Shown: piece after piece, positions 16,553-25,038 of the stretch
How the letters are laid out: every line of letters begins with the position of its first letter
How positions within the stretch are numbered: the stretch's first letter is position 1
NCBI GenBank assembly: GCA_031362565.1
Contig: JANLSU010000032.1
Coordinates: 1-30,067, forward strand
DNA length: 30,067 bases
Source: a bacterium
GTDB taxonomy: Bacteria > Krumholzibacteriota > Krumholzibacteriia > G020349025
Direction of reading: 5' to 3'
Program-made: the position numbers and the translations under genes
Notes under the pieces: model-generated
Told to the model about the DNA's origin: nothing
Databases searched by the model: none
The model's input: only the letters and a program-made list of their open reading frames with translations

Positions 16553-17806
16553 ATGGTGGTCTCGACTCGATCGATCACGCCGTCTCCGGACCGCTCGCCA
16601 GCCACTCCGGCAACGCCGCCGGTGCCGTGGTTCTTGTGGGCCGTCGTTCTTGCGTCGACGAGCGTCATCATCGGTCTCCTGTGGGATATCTCCTGGCACC
16701 GGACGATCGGGCGCGACCGCTTTCTGACCCCAGCACACATCGCGATCTACCTGGGCGGATTGGTCGCAGGTCTCTCGTGCGGCTGGCTCGCGCTGCAAAC
16801 GACATTTGGGCGCAACGACGCGGCGCGCGCCGCCCGCGAAGGCGGCATCGGCGTGTGGGGATTCCGCGGCTCGCTCGGCGGCTGGATCTGTATTTGGGGC
16901 ACGTTTGCGATGCTGACATCGGCGCCATTCGACAATTGGTGGCATGGCGCCTATGGACTCGACGTCAAGATTCTGAGCCCGCCGCATGTCTTGCTTGGCC
17001 TCGGTATGATTGGAATCGAGATCGGCGCCATGATCATGGTGCTGGCGTACCAGAACCGATTCGCGCCGGCCTATTCCGGACCGCGGTCGATCGTGTCGCA
17101 GCCAAGCGGACGGGCGCACGAACGCGTTCTTGTGTGGATGTTCATCTATACGGCCGGTATCGCGCTGCTCATGGGGGCAACTCTGTGCATGGAGTACATC
17201 GGCTTCCCGAATGCGTGGCACAATGCGTTGTTCGCCCAGATTTGTGCCGGCGCGTTTCCGGTCTTGCTGGCGGCGGTGGCCCGCGCCGGGCGACTCCGCT
17301 GGTCGGCGACCGCGATCGCCGGGGTCTACACGGGCATTACGCTGCTCATGATGTGGATCTTGCAGTTGTCACCCGCGACGGCGAAGCTGGCGCCGATCTA
17401 CAACCCGGTAACGCACATGGTGCCGCCGCCGTTTCCGATGTTGTTCTTCGTGCCGGCGATCGGTTTCGACCTGCTCGTGCGCCGCTTCGAGGGCCGCAGC
17501 GACTGGTTGCTGGCGGTCATTCTAGGAGTCATGTTTGTCGCCGTGACCTGCACGTTGCACTGGTTGTTCGCCAAATTCCTCATCTCACCGGCGGCGCGCA
17601 ACATCGTCTTTGGCGCCAACCAGTGGGACTACAATTCCCGGCTTGGACCCTGGCGCTACGAGTTTTGGGATTTAGACCTCGACAAGAGCCGAAACTGGAG
17701 CCCAGCGCTCTACGCGCGCGGCATCGGAATCGCGCTCGGGCTCGGCATCCTGTCGACGCGGCTCGGACTCGGCTGGGGCCGTTGGATGTCGAGGGTGTTG
17801 CGATGA
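16553..17806 (+). CDS. Polytopic membrane protein with two D-x3-H...H metal motifs; putative PmoC/PmoA-like fusion
   Basis: Roughly 10 hydrophobic segments; WDISWHRTIGRDRFLTPAH and FDNWWHGAYGLDVKILSPPH. The CDS is solid; the functional call is inference. Confidence 0.8.
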   Translation: MVVSTRSITPSPDRSPATPATPPVPWFLWAVVLASTSVIIGLLWDISWHRTIGRDRFLTPAHIAIYLGGLVAGLSCGWLALQTTFGRNDAARAAREGGIGVWGFRGSLGGWICIWGTFAMLTSAPFDNWWHGAYGLDVKILSPPHVLLGLGMIGIEIGAMIMVLAYQNRFAPAYSGPRSIVSQPSGRAHERVLVWMFIYTAGIALLMGATLCMEYIGFPNAWHNALFAQICAGAFPVLLAAVARAGRLRWSATAIAGVYTGITLLMMWILQLSPATAKLAPIYNPVTHMVPPPFPMLFFVPAIGFDLLVRRFEGRSDWLLAVILGVMFVAVTCTLHWLFAKFLISPAARNIVFGANQWDYNSRLGPWRYEFWDLDLDKSRNWSPALYARGIGIALGLGILSTRLGLGWGRWMSRVLR

Positions 17807-19410
17807 CAGCGCAGCTTCGCCGCGCGGCGCACGTCGCGCGGACCGCGATCCTCGCCACCGCCATCGTCGCGCTCACCGGAATGCAGAGCATCTGCCTGGC
17901 GCACATTGGCAGCCCGGACACTTGGTACGAGGGACCGGCCGGCGCCTACCCGTTGCGGGTGATTGTACGGGCGCCGAGCGTCGTACCCGGTCTTGCGGAC
18001 ATCACCGTGCGGGTCTTGGACGGCCACGCGACCCGCGTCACCGCCGCGCCCTACATCTGGAATGGCGGCGACACCGGCGCACCGCCGCCCGACGTCGCCA
18101 AGCCGGTACCGGGCGATGCGCAATTGTTTTCCGTGCCGCTCTGGTTCATGACGCCGAGCTCGTACAGTGTGCGGGTGAATGTCGAAGGGGATCGCGGCTC
18201 CGGAACCGCGGTGGTCCCCGTTCAAGCGGTCGCACTCCGGCGTCTCGGCATGCAGAAAACCCTCGGCGTGACGCTCGCGATTCTGGGCATCTTCCTGGTC
18301 GTGCTGGCGCTCAGCATCGTGTACGGCGCTGCGAAGGAAAGTGGTGTGCCGCCGGGCGCAACCAGTGGTGCGAACAGCAAGGCCCGATCGCTGTACGCCG
18401 TTGCTGGTGCAGCCGTAATTCTGGCCGTTGCCGCGACCGGCGGGCGCTTCTGGTGGAGCTCCGTCGATCGGGATTTCCAGCGCACCATCTACAAGCCCTT
18501 CACGTCGGCGGCCCGGGTCATCGAGCGTGGGACCGCGCGCGGGCTCGATTTCGAGATCACCGATCCCGTGTGGCGCGGGCGGCGCTGGTCGCCGCTCATT
18601 CCGGATCACGGCAAACTGATGCATATGTTCTTGATTCGGGAGCCCGGGTTCGATGCGATCGCGCACCTGCACCCGGTGCCGACGGATTCGAGCCACTTCG
18701 AAGTCTGTATGCCGCCGGTGCCCGAGGGGCAGTATCACGTCTATGCAGACATCGTGCACGAAAGCGGCTTCACGCGAACGCTGACGGCAACGGTGGATGT
18801 GCCGGCGCCCAACGCATCGAACACCGCAAGCGCGACCGCCGCCGCGGCGGATACAGCGGCCGCGTTCCATACCGATCCGGACGACTCGTGGTACGTGAGC
18901 CCATCCGGCGTTCAGGCAGCGTCACCGGGCGAGCGGGTGGCGCTCGCGAACGGCGCGACGATGACGTGGGAGGCGCCCGATGCGAACCTCGTCGAAGGAC
19001 GCGACGCCGGCCTGCGCTTCGCGGTGCGCAACGCCGACGGTACGGCCGCCGCAATCGAACCCTACATGGGCATGCTCGGTCACGCGATCGTGCGCCGCGA
19101 CGACGGTTCCGTCTTCGTGCACTTGCACCCGATCGGCACCGTTTCGATGGCGTCGCAGATGGCGCTCATGATGCGCGCTCCGAGCGACAGCGTTCCCGGC
19201 ATGCTCGGCCGCCGCATGAGCGCGCCGGGTCACATGGAGCACATGATGGGTGGGTCGATGAGCGGACTCCCTCACGAACCGGGCGTCGTGATGTTCCCGT
19301 ACGGATTTGCGCAAGCCGGGGCCTATCACATTTGGGTCCAGATCAAAATGAACGGGCAGATTCTGACGGGAGCCTTCGCGGCGACGGTGAAGCCGCCGCC
19401 GCCAGCCTGA
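17803..19410 (+). CDS. Exported, membrane-anchored His/Met-rich protein (signal peptide, mature N-terminal His, two central TM helices, two HLHP domains); PmoB-like topology
   Basis: ATGA overlap with upstream gene; ...SICLA|HIGSP; two TMs at about aa 154-177 and 196-218; HGKLMH, AHLHP, MLGH, VHLHP, GHMEHMM. Confidence 0.8.
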   Translation: MTAQLRRAAHVARTAILATAIVALTGMQSICLAHIGSPDTWYEGPAGAYPLRVIVRAPSVVPGLADITVRVLDGHATRVTAAPYIWNGGDTGAPPPDVAKPVPGDAQLFSVPLWFMTPSSYSVRVNVEGDRGSGTAVVPVQAVALRRLGMQKTLGVTLAILGIFLVVLALSIVYGAAKESGVPPGATSGANSKARSLYAVAGAAVILAVAATGGRFWWSSVDRDFQRTIYKPFTSAARVIERGTARGLDFEITDPVWRGRRWSPLIPDHGKLMHMFLIREPGFDAIAHLHPVPTDSSHFEVCMPPVPEGQYHVYADIVHESGFTRTLTATVDVPAPNASNTASATAAAADTAAAFHTDPDDSWYVSPSGVQAASPGERVALANGATMTWEAPDANLVEGRDAGLRFAVRNADGTAAAIEPYMGMLGHAIVRRDDGSVFVHLHPIGTVSMASQMALMMRAPSDSVPGMLGRRMSAPGHMEHMMGGSMSGLPHEPGVVMFPYGFAQAGAYHIWVQIKMNGQILTGAFAATVKPPPPA

Positions 19411-19417
19411 ACGCACT

Positions 19418-21067
19418 CTATCTCGCGATCATCATGCGCCGCACATGGTCGTGGCCGGCGGTGCGCAGGCGCACGAAATAGACACCAGCCGGCACCGGGG
19501 CGCCAGCTCGGCCGCGGCGATCCCAGGATGCGACGAAGCGGCCTGGCTCCGCGGTTCCCGCGAAGAGGGATTGGATCTCGCGGCCGCGGACGTCGAACAC
19601 GACGAGCGATGCATCGCCCGTAGCTCCGACGTTGTACGCGATTCGCACCGCACCGCTCGGACGCACGAGCGGAATTGGATCGAGGCCGGTCACCGCGATC
19701 GCGGCAGTCGCTTGCACCGGACCCGCGGTAGTTACGACACCGGACTGCTCCACCAGCTCGAGGCGGTACGCATAAACGGTTCCGGGCCGGACTTCCGCGT
19801 CCGTCCACGCGAAGCCTTGGCCTTGCGCCGCGAAGTCCTGGGCCGGGTGCTCGGTGCGAGTTTTGAATGCGCTGGTGGCAGCATCCTCGCCGCGGCGCGC
19901 AATACGAATCGTTCTCAACCCCGCGACAGCCTCAGGTGCCATGCGCCAAGTCAACTGCACACCGTCTTGAAGTGTCTCGGCGCGCAGATCTTCGACGGCG
20001 ATTGGTGTCCGCTGGCCATCCCACCGCGCGATGCCGAGCGCACTCTTGCCAGCCACTTCGATGAACGGACCGCCGCAATAGAGGCTACCATGGAAAGGGG
20101 CGATTGCTTCGATTCGCGCGTTGAGTTGCGTGCTGAGCGGCACCCAGTTCGACCCCTGAACCCGGTAGAGCCGGCCACGTTCATGGTAGCCGTTCGGAGT
20201 GACCTATTCATTCCACGATGTTGCAACGACAAGCTCGCCGTTGTACCACGTCACGTCGTGCACTGCGACGTCGGGGGCATTGCCGACGAGTGTCCATGTG
20301 CTGCCGGACCATCGGACGAGGTGGATCTTGCCGTCCGGCAGGGTGCTGCCCAGTGCGTAGAGGGCACCGTTGACGATGCGCAGATGTTGCACGTGGCGGA
20401 TCGGTTGATCGTGAAACGATGCCCATTCGGTTCCGGTCCATTCGGCGACGCTCGAAATCGAGCGGCGCCCATTCCAATTGAAATCGCCGCCGGCCAGTAG
20501 CCGGCCGTCATAGACGACAAGGTCATGGATCGCGCCACCGTAGGGCGGGAACGGCGTCCCTTCCCACCGCTGGCCCGTCCAATGAGCGACATTGGGTGTC
20601 TGGTTCGTGCCGTTGTAGAAGAAGGGGCCCGCCACGAACAGTTCGTTTTGGTATGAAGCAAACGTCTCGACATTCCCACTGAACCGCTCTCCAAACGACG
20701 TCCAGGCGCTGCCATCCCACGCCGCGATGCCGTTCGACGGCTGTCCTCCCGCGTGCGTGAAGGCGCCGGCGACGTACAGGCGATCGCCGATCGTCGCCAC
20801 TGCGGAGACGGTGCCATCGACACCGGCTCCGATCGATTCCCACGTCGTGCCGCTCCAGCGCGCGACGCCGGAAATCGGCTGCCCACCGGCCGAAGTGAAG
20901 TTGCCGCCCGCGACCCAATCGCCGCGGTAGCTGGCGAACGCGCTCGGATACGCTTGTGGGCGCAAGTCATCGTTCCAGCGTGCGTCGACGCCTTGCCCGG
21001 AAGTGAGTGGCTTCCAGCGCCTGGCCGGACGTCCGAAGGCGGTCCGTCGGCGCAACGTGACGATCAT
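19418..21067 (-). pseudogene. Beta-propeller repeat protein with FlgD/T9SS-like C-terminal domain, interrupted by one in-frame TAG (20204-20206)
   Basis: ORFs 20204-21214 and 19418-20143 share a frame, and translation continues sensibly across the stop (SWNE*VTPNGYHERGRLYRVQGSNWVPL). GGxFTxAGG / ARWDG repeats; likely ATG at 21067 after GGAGG. Confidence 0.75.
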
Positions 21068-21238
21068 GATTGCACCTCCACTGGACTCCGGGTGGTGGAA
21101 GTCCTGGGCAGGACGCGCAACCGGCAGGTCGTTGCTGACGCGGTGGTCACGCACGCTCGTTCTAGCACGCCTTGGCAGGGGACGTCGATGCATTCTCAGT
21201 GCCCGGCGGTACAAGCTTGTGTCTATTTCGCTTTCGCA

Positions 21239-22459
21239 TCACGGACTCGCCTGCAGGCGTCGAAAACGAAGTTCCGCGATCAGATCCGCAGTGATTTTGG
21301 GGGGGAATGGCAGCGTTCCACTTGCCAGCCGCTCGCCGAGCGATGCCAGCCGTGCGAGCAAGCCATCGAGCACCTTCTCGGCGCCGCGGGCCGGGAGCCC
21401 AATTTCCGACGCAAACTCCAGCAGGTGTTTGCGGGAGATGCCCGAAGTCCGGCCGAGCATCGACAGCGCCAGGCTCGTGTCGCCATACGGCACCGTCGAG
21501 GGAAGGTCGTATGCCGGCGAGATGCGCCATTCCCGGTCGGAGGTGGCGAGGATCGAAAGGTTCTTGGCGTGCACGTCACCGTTCCCCGTCAGCCACGCGA
21601 AGCAAATTTGTTGGTACAGGGCGCGCAGCGCGACCGGCCGCGCCGCGCACCGGTCGGCGAGCGCGCCGACCACCTGTTCGTACGTCACGCTGTACTTGTC
21701 GGCAGGCCATCGGCCCAGCACCTGGCACGCGTCCTCACATGCTAACGCCACGCTCGAGCCATCACGCTGGGCAATGCGGTCGAATCGGCGCACCAGCAAT
21801 CCGGCCTGCCCGTCGGCGTCGTGGACAACGGTGGCTCGCGCGCAAGATAAGCGCGTTTCGTGGGCGAGTTGCAGGAAGAAGGCCTCGTTCTCCACGACGT
21901 GCGGGAACTCGGGTGGATTGAGCTTGAGCAGGTAACGCTCACCGGCGCGCGCCAGCGGCACCGAGATCATGCGTGCGGATACTTTGTCCTGCACCCCTGG
22001 GAGCGCAACGGCATCGACGATGCCGGTGTCGGTGAGCACGTCCGCGAAGCGGACGTCGGACCACTCGCGTTCCACGGCAAGAAGCGGACGGGCCGGCGTG
22101 GCCGGCTGGCCGCTTGGCACGACTTGGACGTCGCCGATCGTATCGTGACCAACGGCGAGTAGCAGCGACAGCTCGTCGTCGGCGGAAGCCTTCACCGAGC
22201 GGCGAAGCCCCGATAGTCTTCGGCCTTCCGGTAGAAGGCCGGTGAAGAACGGCGGCACCGCTCCGGCGGTGCTGCGGACCGGCTTGTCGCTCAACGGCAA
22301 GGTGGTTGCAACCGCAGGTCTGCCCGATGCGAGGTATTCGGCGCTGTACGAGAATTCGATGCCGTCAGTCTGACGTCTCAATGTCGCCGCATGGATGCCG
22401 GATTTGTAAACCGCCGCTTCGACAACTGTTGTCAGTGCTTCGAGATGGGACGTGTTCAA
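21239..22459 (-). CDS. hipA: HipA-family toxin (kinase) with N-terminal HipA-couple domain
   Basis: PPFFTGLLPEG, LPGVQDK, YLLK, ENEAF, RRFDR, EDACQ, GNGDVHAKN, SPAYD. Confidence 0.92.
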   Translation of the reverse strand: MNTSHLEALTTVVEAAVYKSGIHAATLRRQTDGIEFSYSAEYLASGRPAVATTLPLSDKPVRSTAGAVPPFFTGLLPEGRRLSGLRRSVKASADDELSLLLAVGHDTIGDVQVVPSGQPATPARPLLAVEREWSDVRFADVLTDTGIVDAVALPGVQDKVSARMISVPLARAGERYLLKLNPPEFPHVVENEAFFLQLAHETRLSCARATVVHDADGQAGLLVRRFDRIAQRDGSSVALACEDACQVLGRWPADKYSVTYEQVVGALADRCAARPVALRALYQQICFAWLTGNGDVHAKNLSILATSDREWRISPAYDLPSTVPYGDTSLALSMLGRTSGISRKHLLEFASEIGLPARGAEKVLDGLLARLASLGERLASGTLPFPPKITADLIAELRFRRLQASP

Positions 22460-22695
22460 GCGGTACTCTTCCGCGGCACGAGTTCAATCGCGAGGCCGAG
22501 GACGCGAACCAGATCGAGAACCTTCTCCAATCGGACGCCCGGCTTCCCGGACTCGACAGCGCGGACAAAACGCTGCGAACAGCCGGCCAGATCCGCCAGC
22601 TGATCCTGCGTCAGGTCGAGCGACCGGCGACGGTCGCGGATTCGCGCTGCGAGCCTCTCGATATCGTTCTCCACCAGGGCCCCCAGCAGGCGCAT
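22456..22695 (-). CDS. HipB/y4mF-like XRE HTH antitoxin
   Basis: IRDRRRSLDLTQDQLADLAGCSQRFVRAVESGKPGVRLEKV; 4-nt overlap with hipA; start is ATG 22695 or GTG 22674. Confidence 0.9.
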   Translation of the reverse strand: MRLLGALVENDIERLAARIRDRRRSLDLTQDQLADLAGCSQRFVRAVESGKPGVRLEKVLDLVRVLGLAIELVPRKSTA

Positions 22696-22842
22696 ACGTG
22701 CCTCAATCGGTATGATTGAACCGCTCCCGAAGGTACGCGTGGCTTGGCGCGGTGTCAATTTTGAAATAGGCACGAACATGCCTATTTTGTCGAATCAAGA
22801 GTCAGAGGTCGCCTGGATGGATTGAACCGGCACGTTCGTGCC
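22689..22842 (-). promoter_or_regulatory. hipBA promoter and three 14-bp palindromic operator-like sites
   Basis: TTGACA (22758-22753)-N17-TACCTT (22735-22730); GGCACG-N2-CRTGCC-type dyads at 22769-22782 and 22829-22842, degenerate copy at 22689-22702. Confidence 0.7.
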
Positions 22843-22877
22843 GATTGTCACGTCCCCGACGGCGGCAAAAGCGCCCA

Positions 22878-24812
22878 TCACGGCGACGAGACGACCGGCA
22901 GGCTGATGCAGCTGGCGGTGTCGCCGGCACGGTAGACGCGCTGGGTCGCCAGGCGATAGTCACCCGCTTTGGCGAAGAAGATGTTGTCGACGTACGTCTG
23001 CGGGTTGCGATCGTAGAGCGGGAACCAGCTCGACTGAATCTGCACCATCAGGCGATGGCCCGGCAGGAAGACGTGGTTGGCGTTGGGCAACGCGAATCGA
23101 TAGCGCTCGACGTGGCCGGCTGGGATCGCGGATGGGTGCTCGGGGTCATTCCGGTAACGCCCGCGCAAGATGTCCATGGCGACGGCGAGTTGATAGCCGC
23201 CCATCTCGGCTTGCGTTGAGACTTCGTCGGGGTAAACGTCGATGAGCTTGACGACCCAATCGCAGTCGGTGCCGCTCGTCGAAGCCAGTAAATTGACGAT
23301 CGGTGCGCCGCTGATCTGCAGCGGCGCCTTCAGAACCTCCGACGTATAGGTCAGAACATCGGTGCGATCCGCGACGCTGCGCTGGTCGCTGACCAACCAG
23401 CGCCTCCAGCCCTCCCCATCTTCGAAGCGCACCGGCCGGGGAATGTAAGGCACCGGTTTCGCCGGATCGGCGACGTACTCGTCGAATCCCGCCGCGTCGG
23501 CCGCCGGGGCCGCGAAGCCGAGGCCAAAGCCTGGCTGCAAATACAGCGGCCGTGACACCGCCGCGCACCCTGATTCACATGCGAGCGGCCAATGCGTCAA
23601 CCGCCGCCAGGTGTTGGTGCCGGTCTCGTAGACGGAAACAGGCGAGATGTCGGCCTTCGGGGCGCCATCTTTCAGATGCGCATCCAGAAACGGCTTCATG
23701 ATGTCGCGCCGGAACTGCAGTGCCGTATCACCGTCGAACTTCAGTGCACCCAAGGTCGTGCCATCGCCGTTTTGGCCCCCATGCCGCCAGGGTCCGAGCA
23801 CCAGAAAGTTGGCGTCGTTGGCCGTGTCGAGCGGCTCGGTCGCAGCATAGGCGTGAACGCCGCCGTAGATGTCCTCCTGGTCCCAGAGGCCGGCGACGTA
23901 CATGGTGGGCACCTTCAGCGGCTGCGCCGCCAAAATCTTGTCGAGCGCTTGCGGTTGCCAATAGGCGTCGTACGCCGGATGCTCCGCGAGCTTCATGAAG
24001 AACGGCAACTTGTCGATGCCGAATTGGCGCGCAAAGTCTCCCGCGGAGCCGGCGCGGCGGAAAAGGTCGAAATCGTCGTACACACCGCGCGGGATCTGGG
24101 TGCCTTCGCCGCGCGCCGTCGTTTGGCCGTACATGTAATCGAAGTTGGTCTGGCGGAAAGCGCCGTTGTGGAACCCATCGTCGCCCTTCCAGCCGTCGAC
24201 CATCGGGCACATCGGCACCGCGGCCTCGAGCGCCGGGTGCGGGTTCACCAACCCCATCAGCACGGTGAAGCCCTCGTAGGAGTTGCCGATCATGCCGACC
24301 TTGCCGTTCGACTCGGGGATGTGCTTTACGAGCCAATCGATGGTGTCGTAGGTGTCGGTTGAGTGATCGACCTTGGTTGCGTTCAGCGGGCCGCGCAGCG
24401 GACGGGTCATCACGTAGTCACCCTTCGAACCGTACTTGCCGCGCACGTCTTGAAACACACGAATGTATCCGTCGGTCAAGAACACGTCGTCGCCGAGTGG
24501 CAAGGCGTCCAATACGTGCGGACTCGGATTGCGCTTGGAGCGCTTGGTGGCGTTGTACGGCGTGCGGGTCAGGATCATCGGCGCGCGCGTCACCAGGTTG
24601 GGAACAATGATGACCGTATGCAGCCGGATGCCGTCTCGCATGGCGATCATGGTGTCGCGGCGGGCGAAGTCGGCGCCGGCAGTCGGGGCCTCGAACTTCT
24701 TGCCCGGGATATCCGGCTGCATGGGTGATGTCTGCGGACGCGCCGGGACCACACAGAACAACAAGATCGCCGCAAACACTGCGCAACGGTGCAACACACG
24801 ATTCGCGATCAT
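22878..24812 (-). CDS. CocE/NonD-family hydrolase, alpha-amino acid ester hydrolase-like
   Basis: Signal peptide, MRDGIRL, RTPY, QDVRGKYGS, GNSYEG nucleophile, GLWDQED, GPWRHG, QSSWFPLYDRNPQ. Confidence 0.93.
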   Translation of the reverse strand: MIANRVLHRCAVFAAILLFCVVPARPQTSPMQPDIPGKKFEAPTAGADFARRDTMIAMRDGIRLHTVIIVPNLVTRAPMILTRTPYNATKRSKRNPSPHVLDALPLGDDVFLTDGYIRVFQDVRGKYGSKGDYVMTRPLRGPLNATKVDHSTDTYDTIDWLVKHIPESNGKVGMIGNSYEGFTVLMGLVNPHPALEAAVPMCPMVDGWKGDDGFHNGAFRQTNFDYMYGQTTARGEGTQIPRGVYDDFDLFRRAGSAGDFARQFGIDKLPFFMKLAEHPAYDAYWQPQALDKILAAQPLKVPTMYVAGLWDQEDIYGGVHAYAATEPLDTANDANFLVLGPWRHGGQNGDGTTLGALKFDGDTALQFRRDIMKPFLDAHLKDGAPKADISPVSVYETGTNTWRRLTHWPLACESGCAAVSRPLYLQPGFGLGFAAPAADAAGFDEYVADPAKPVPYIPRPVRFEDGEGWRRWLVSDQRSVADRTDVLTYTSEVLKAPLQISGAPIVNLLASTSGTDCDWVVKLIDVYPDEVSTQAEMGGYQLAVAMDILRGRYRNDPEHPSAIPAGHVERYRFALPNANHVFLPGHRLMVQIQSSWFPLYDRNPQTYVDNIFFAKAGDYRLATQRVYRAGDTASCISLPVVSSP

Positions 24813-25038
24813 CGTGAAGACGCTCCTAAGATGAAGTCGGCTCCGCGCCGGGACGAAGCACGCAGGGTAGCAGGTTGGGCGGCGAAACGCACAACCTCCC
24901 GCTTCGTGCTATCCTCGCAGCGTCCACCTCGCCGGCATTCGTAGGTCGTCTTGCAACCGGCAGCCGCTCGAGATTCACCGCGGCGCCTCCGGTTCTTGCT
25001 GTCGACGACACAGGTCATCGTTCGAAAGGAACTCCGAG

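Noticed and set aside
16507..17802. 967-aa ORF 16507-19410 as a single gene
   Set aside because: Its first ~430 codons are an Arg-rich off-frame read of the real 16553-17806 gene. The signal peptide and ATGA overlap place the true start at 17803.
16553..19410. Assigning pmoC/pmoA/pmoB or amo gene symbols
   Set aside because: Similarity is limited to motifs and topology, and the diagnostic PmoA and PmoB sequence signatures are missing, so methane or ammonia oxidation cannot be claimed
20204..20206. Genome-wide TAG recoding
   Set aside because: TAG serves as the normal stop of well-defined genes here (11027, 28930, 12667, 13719)
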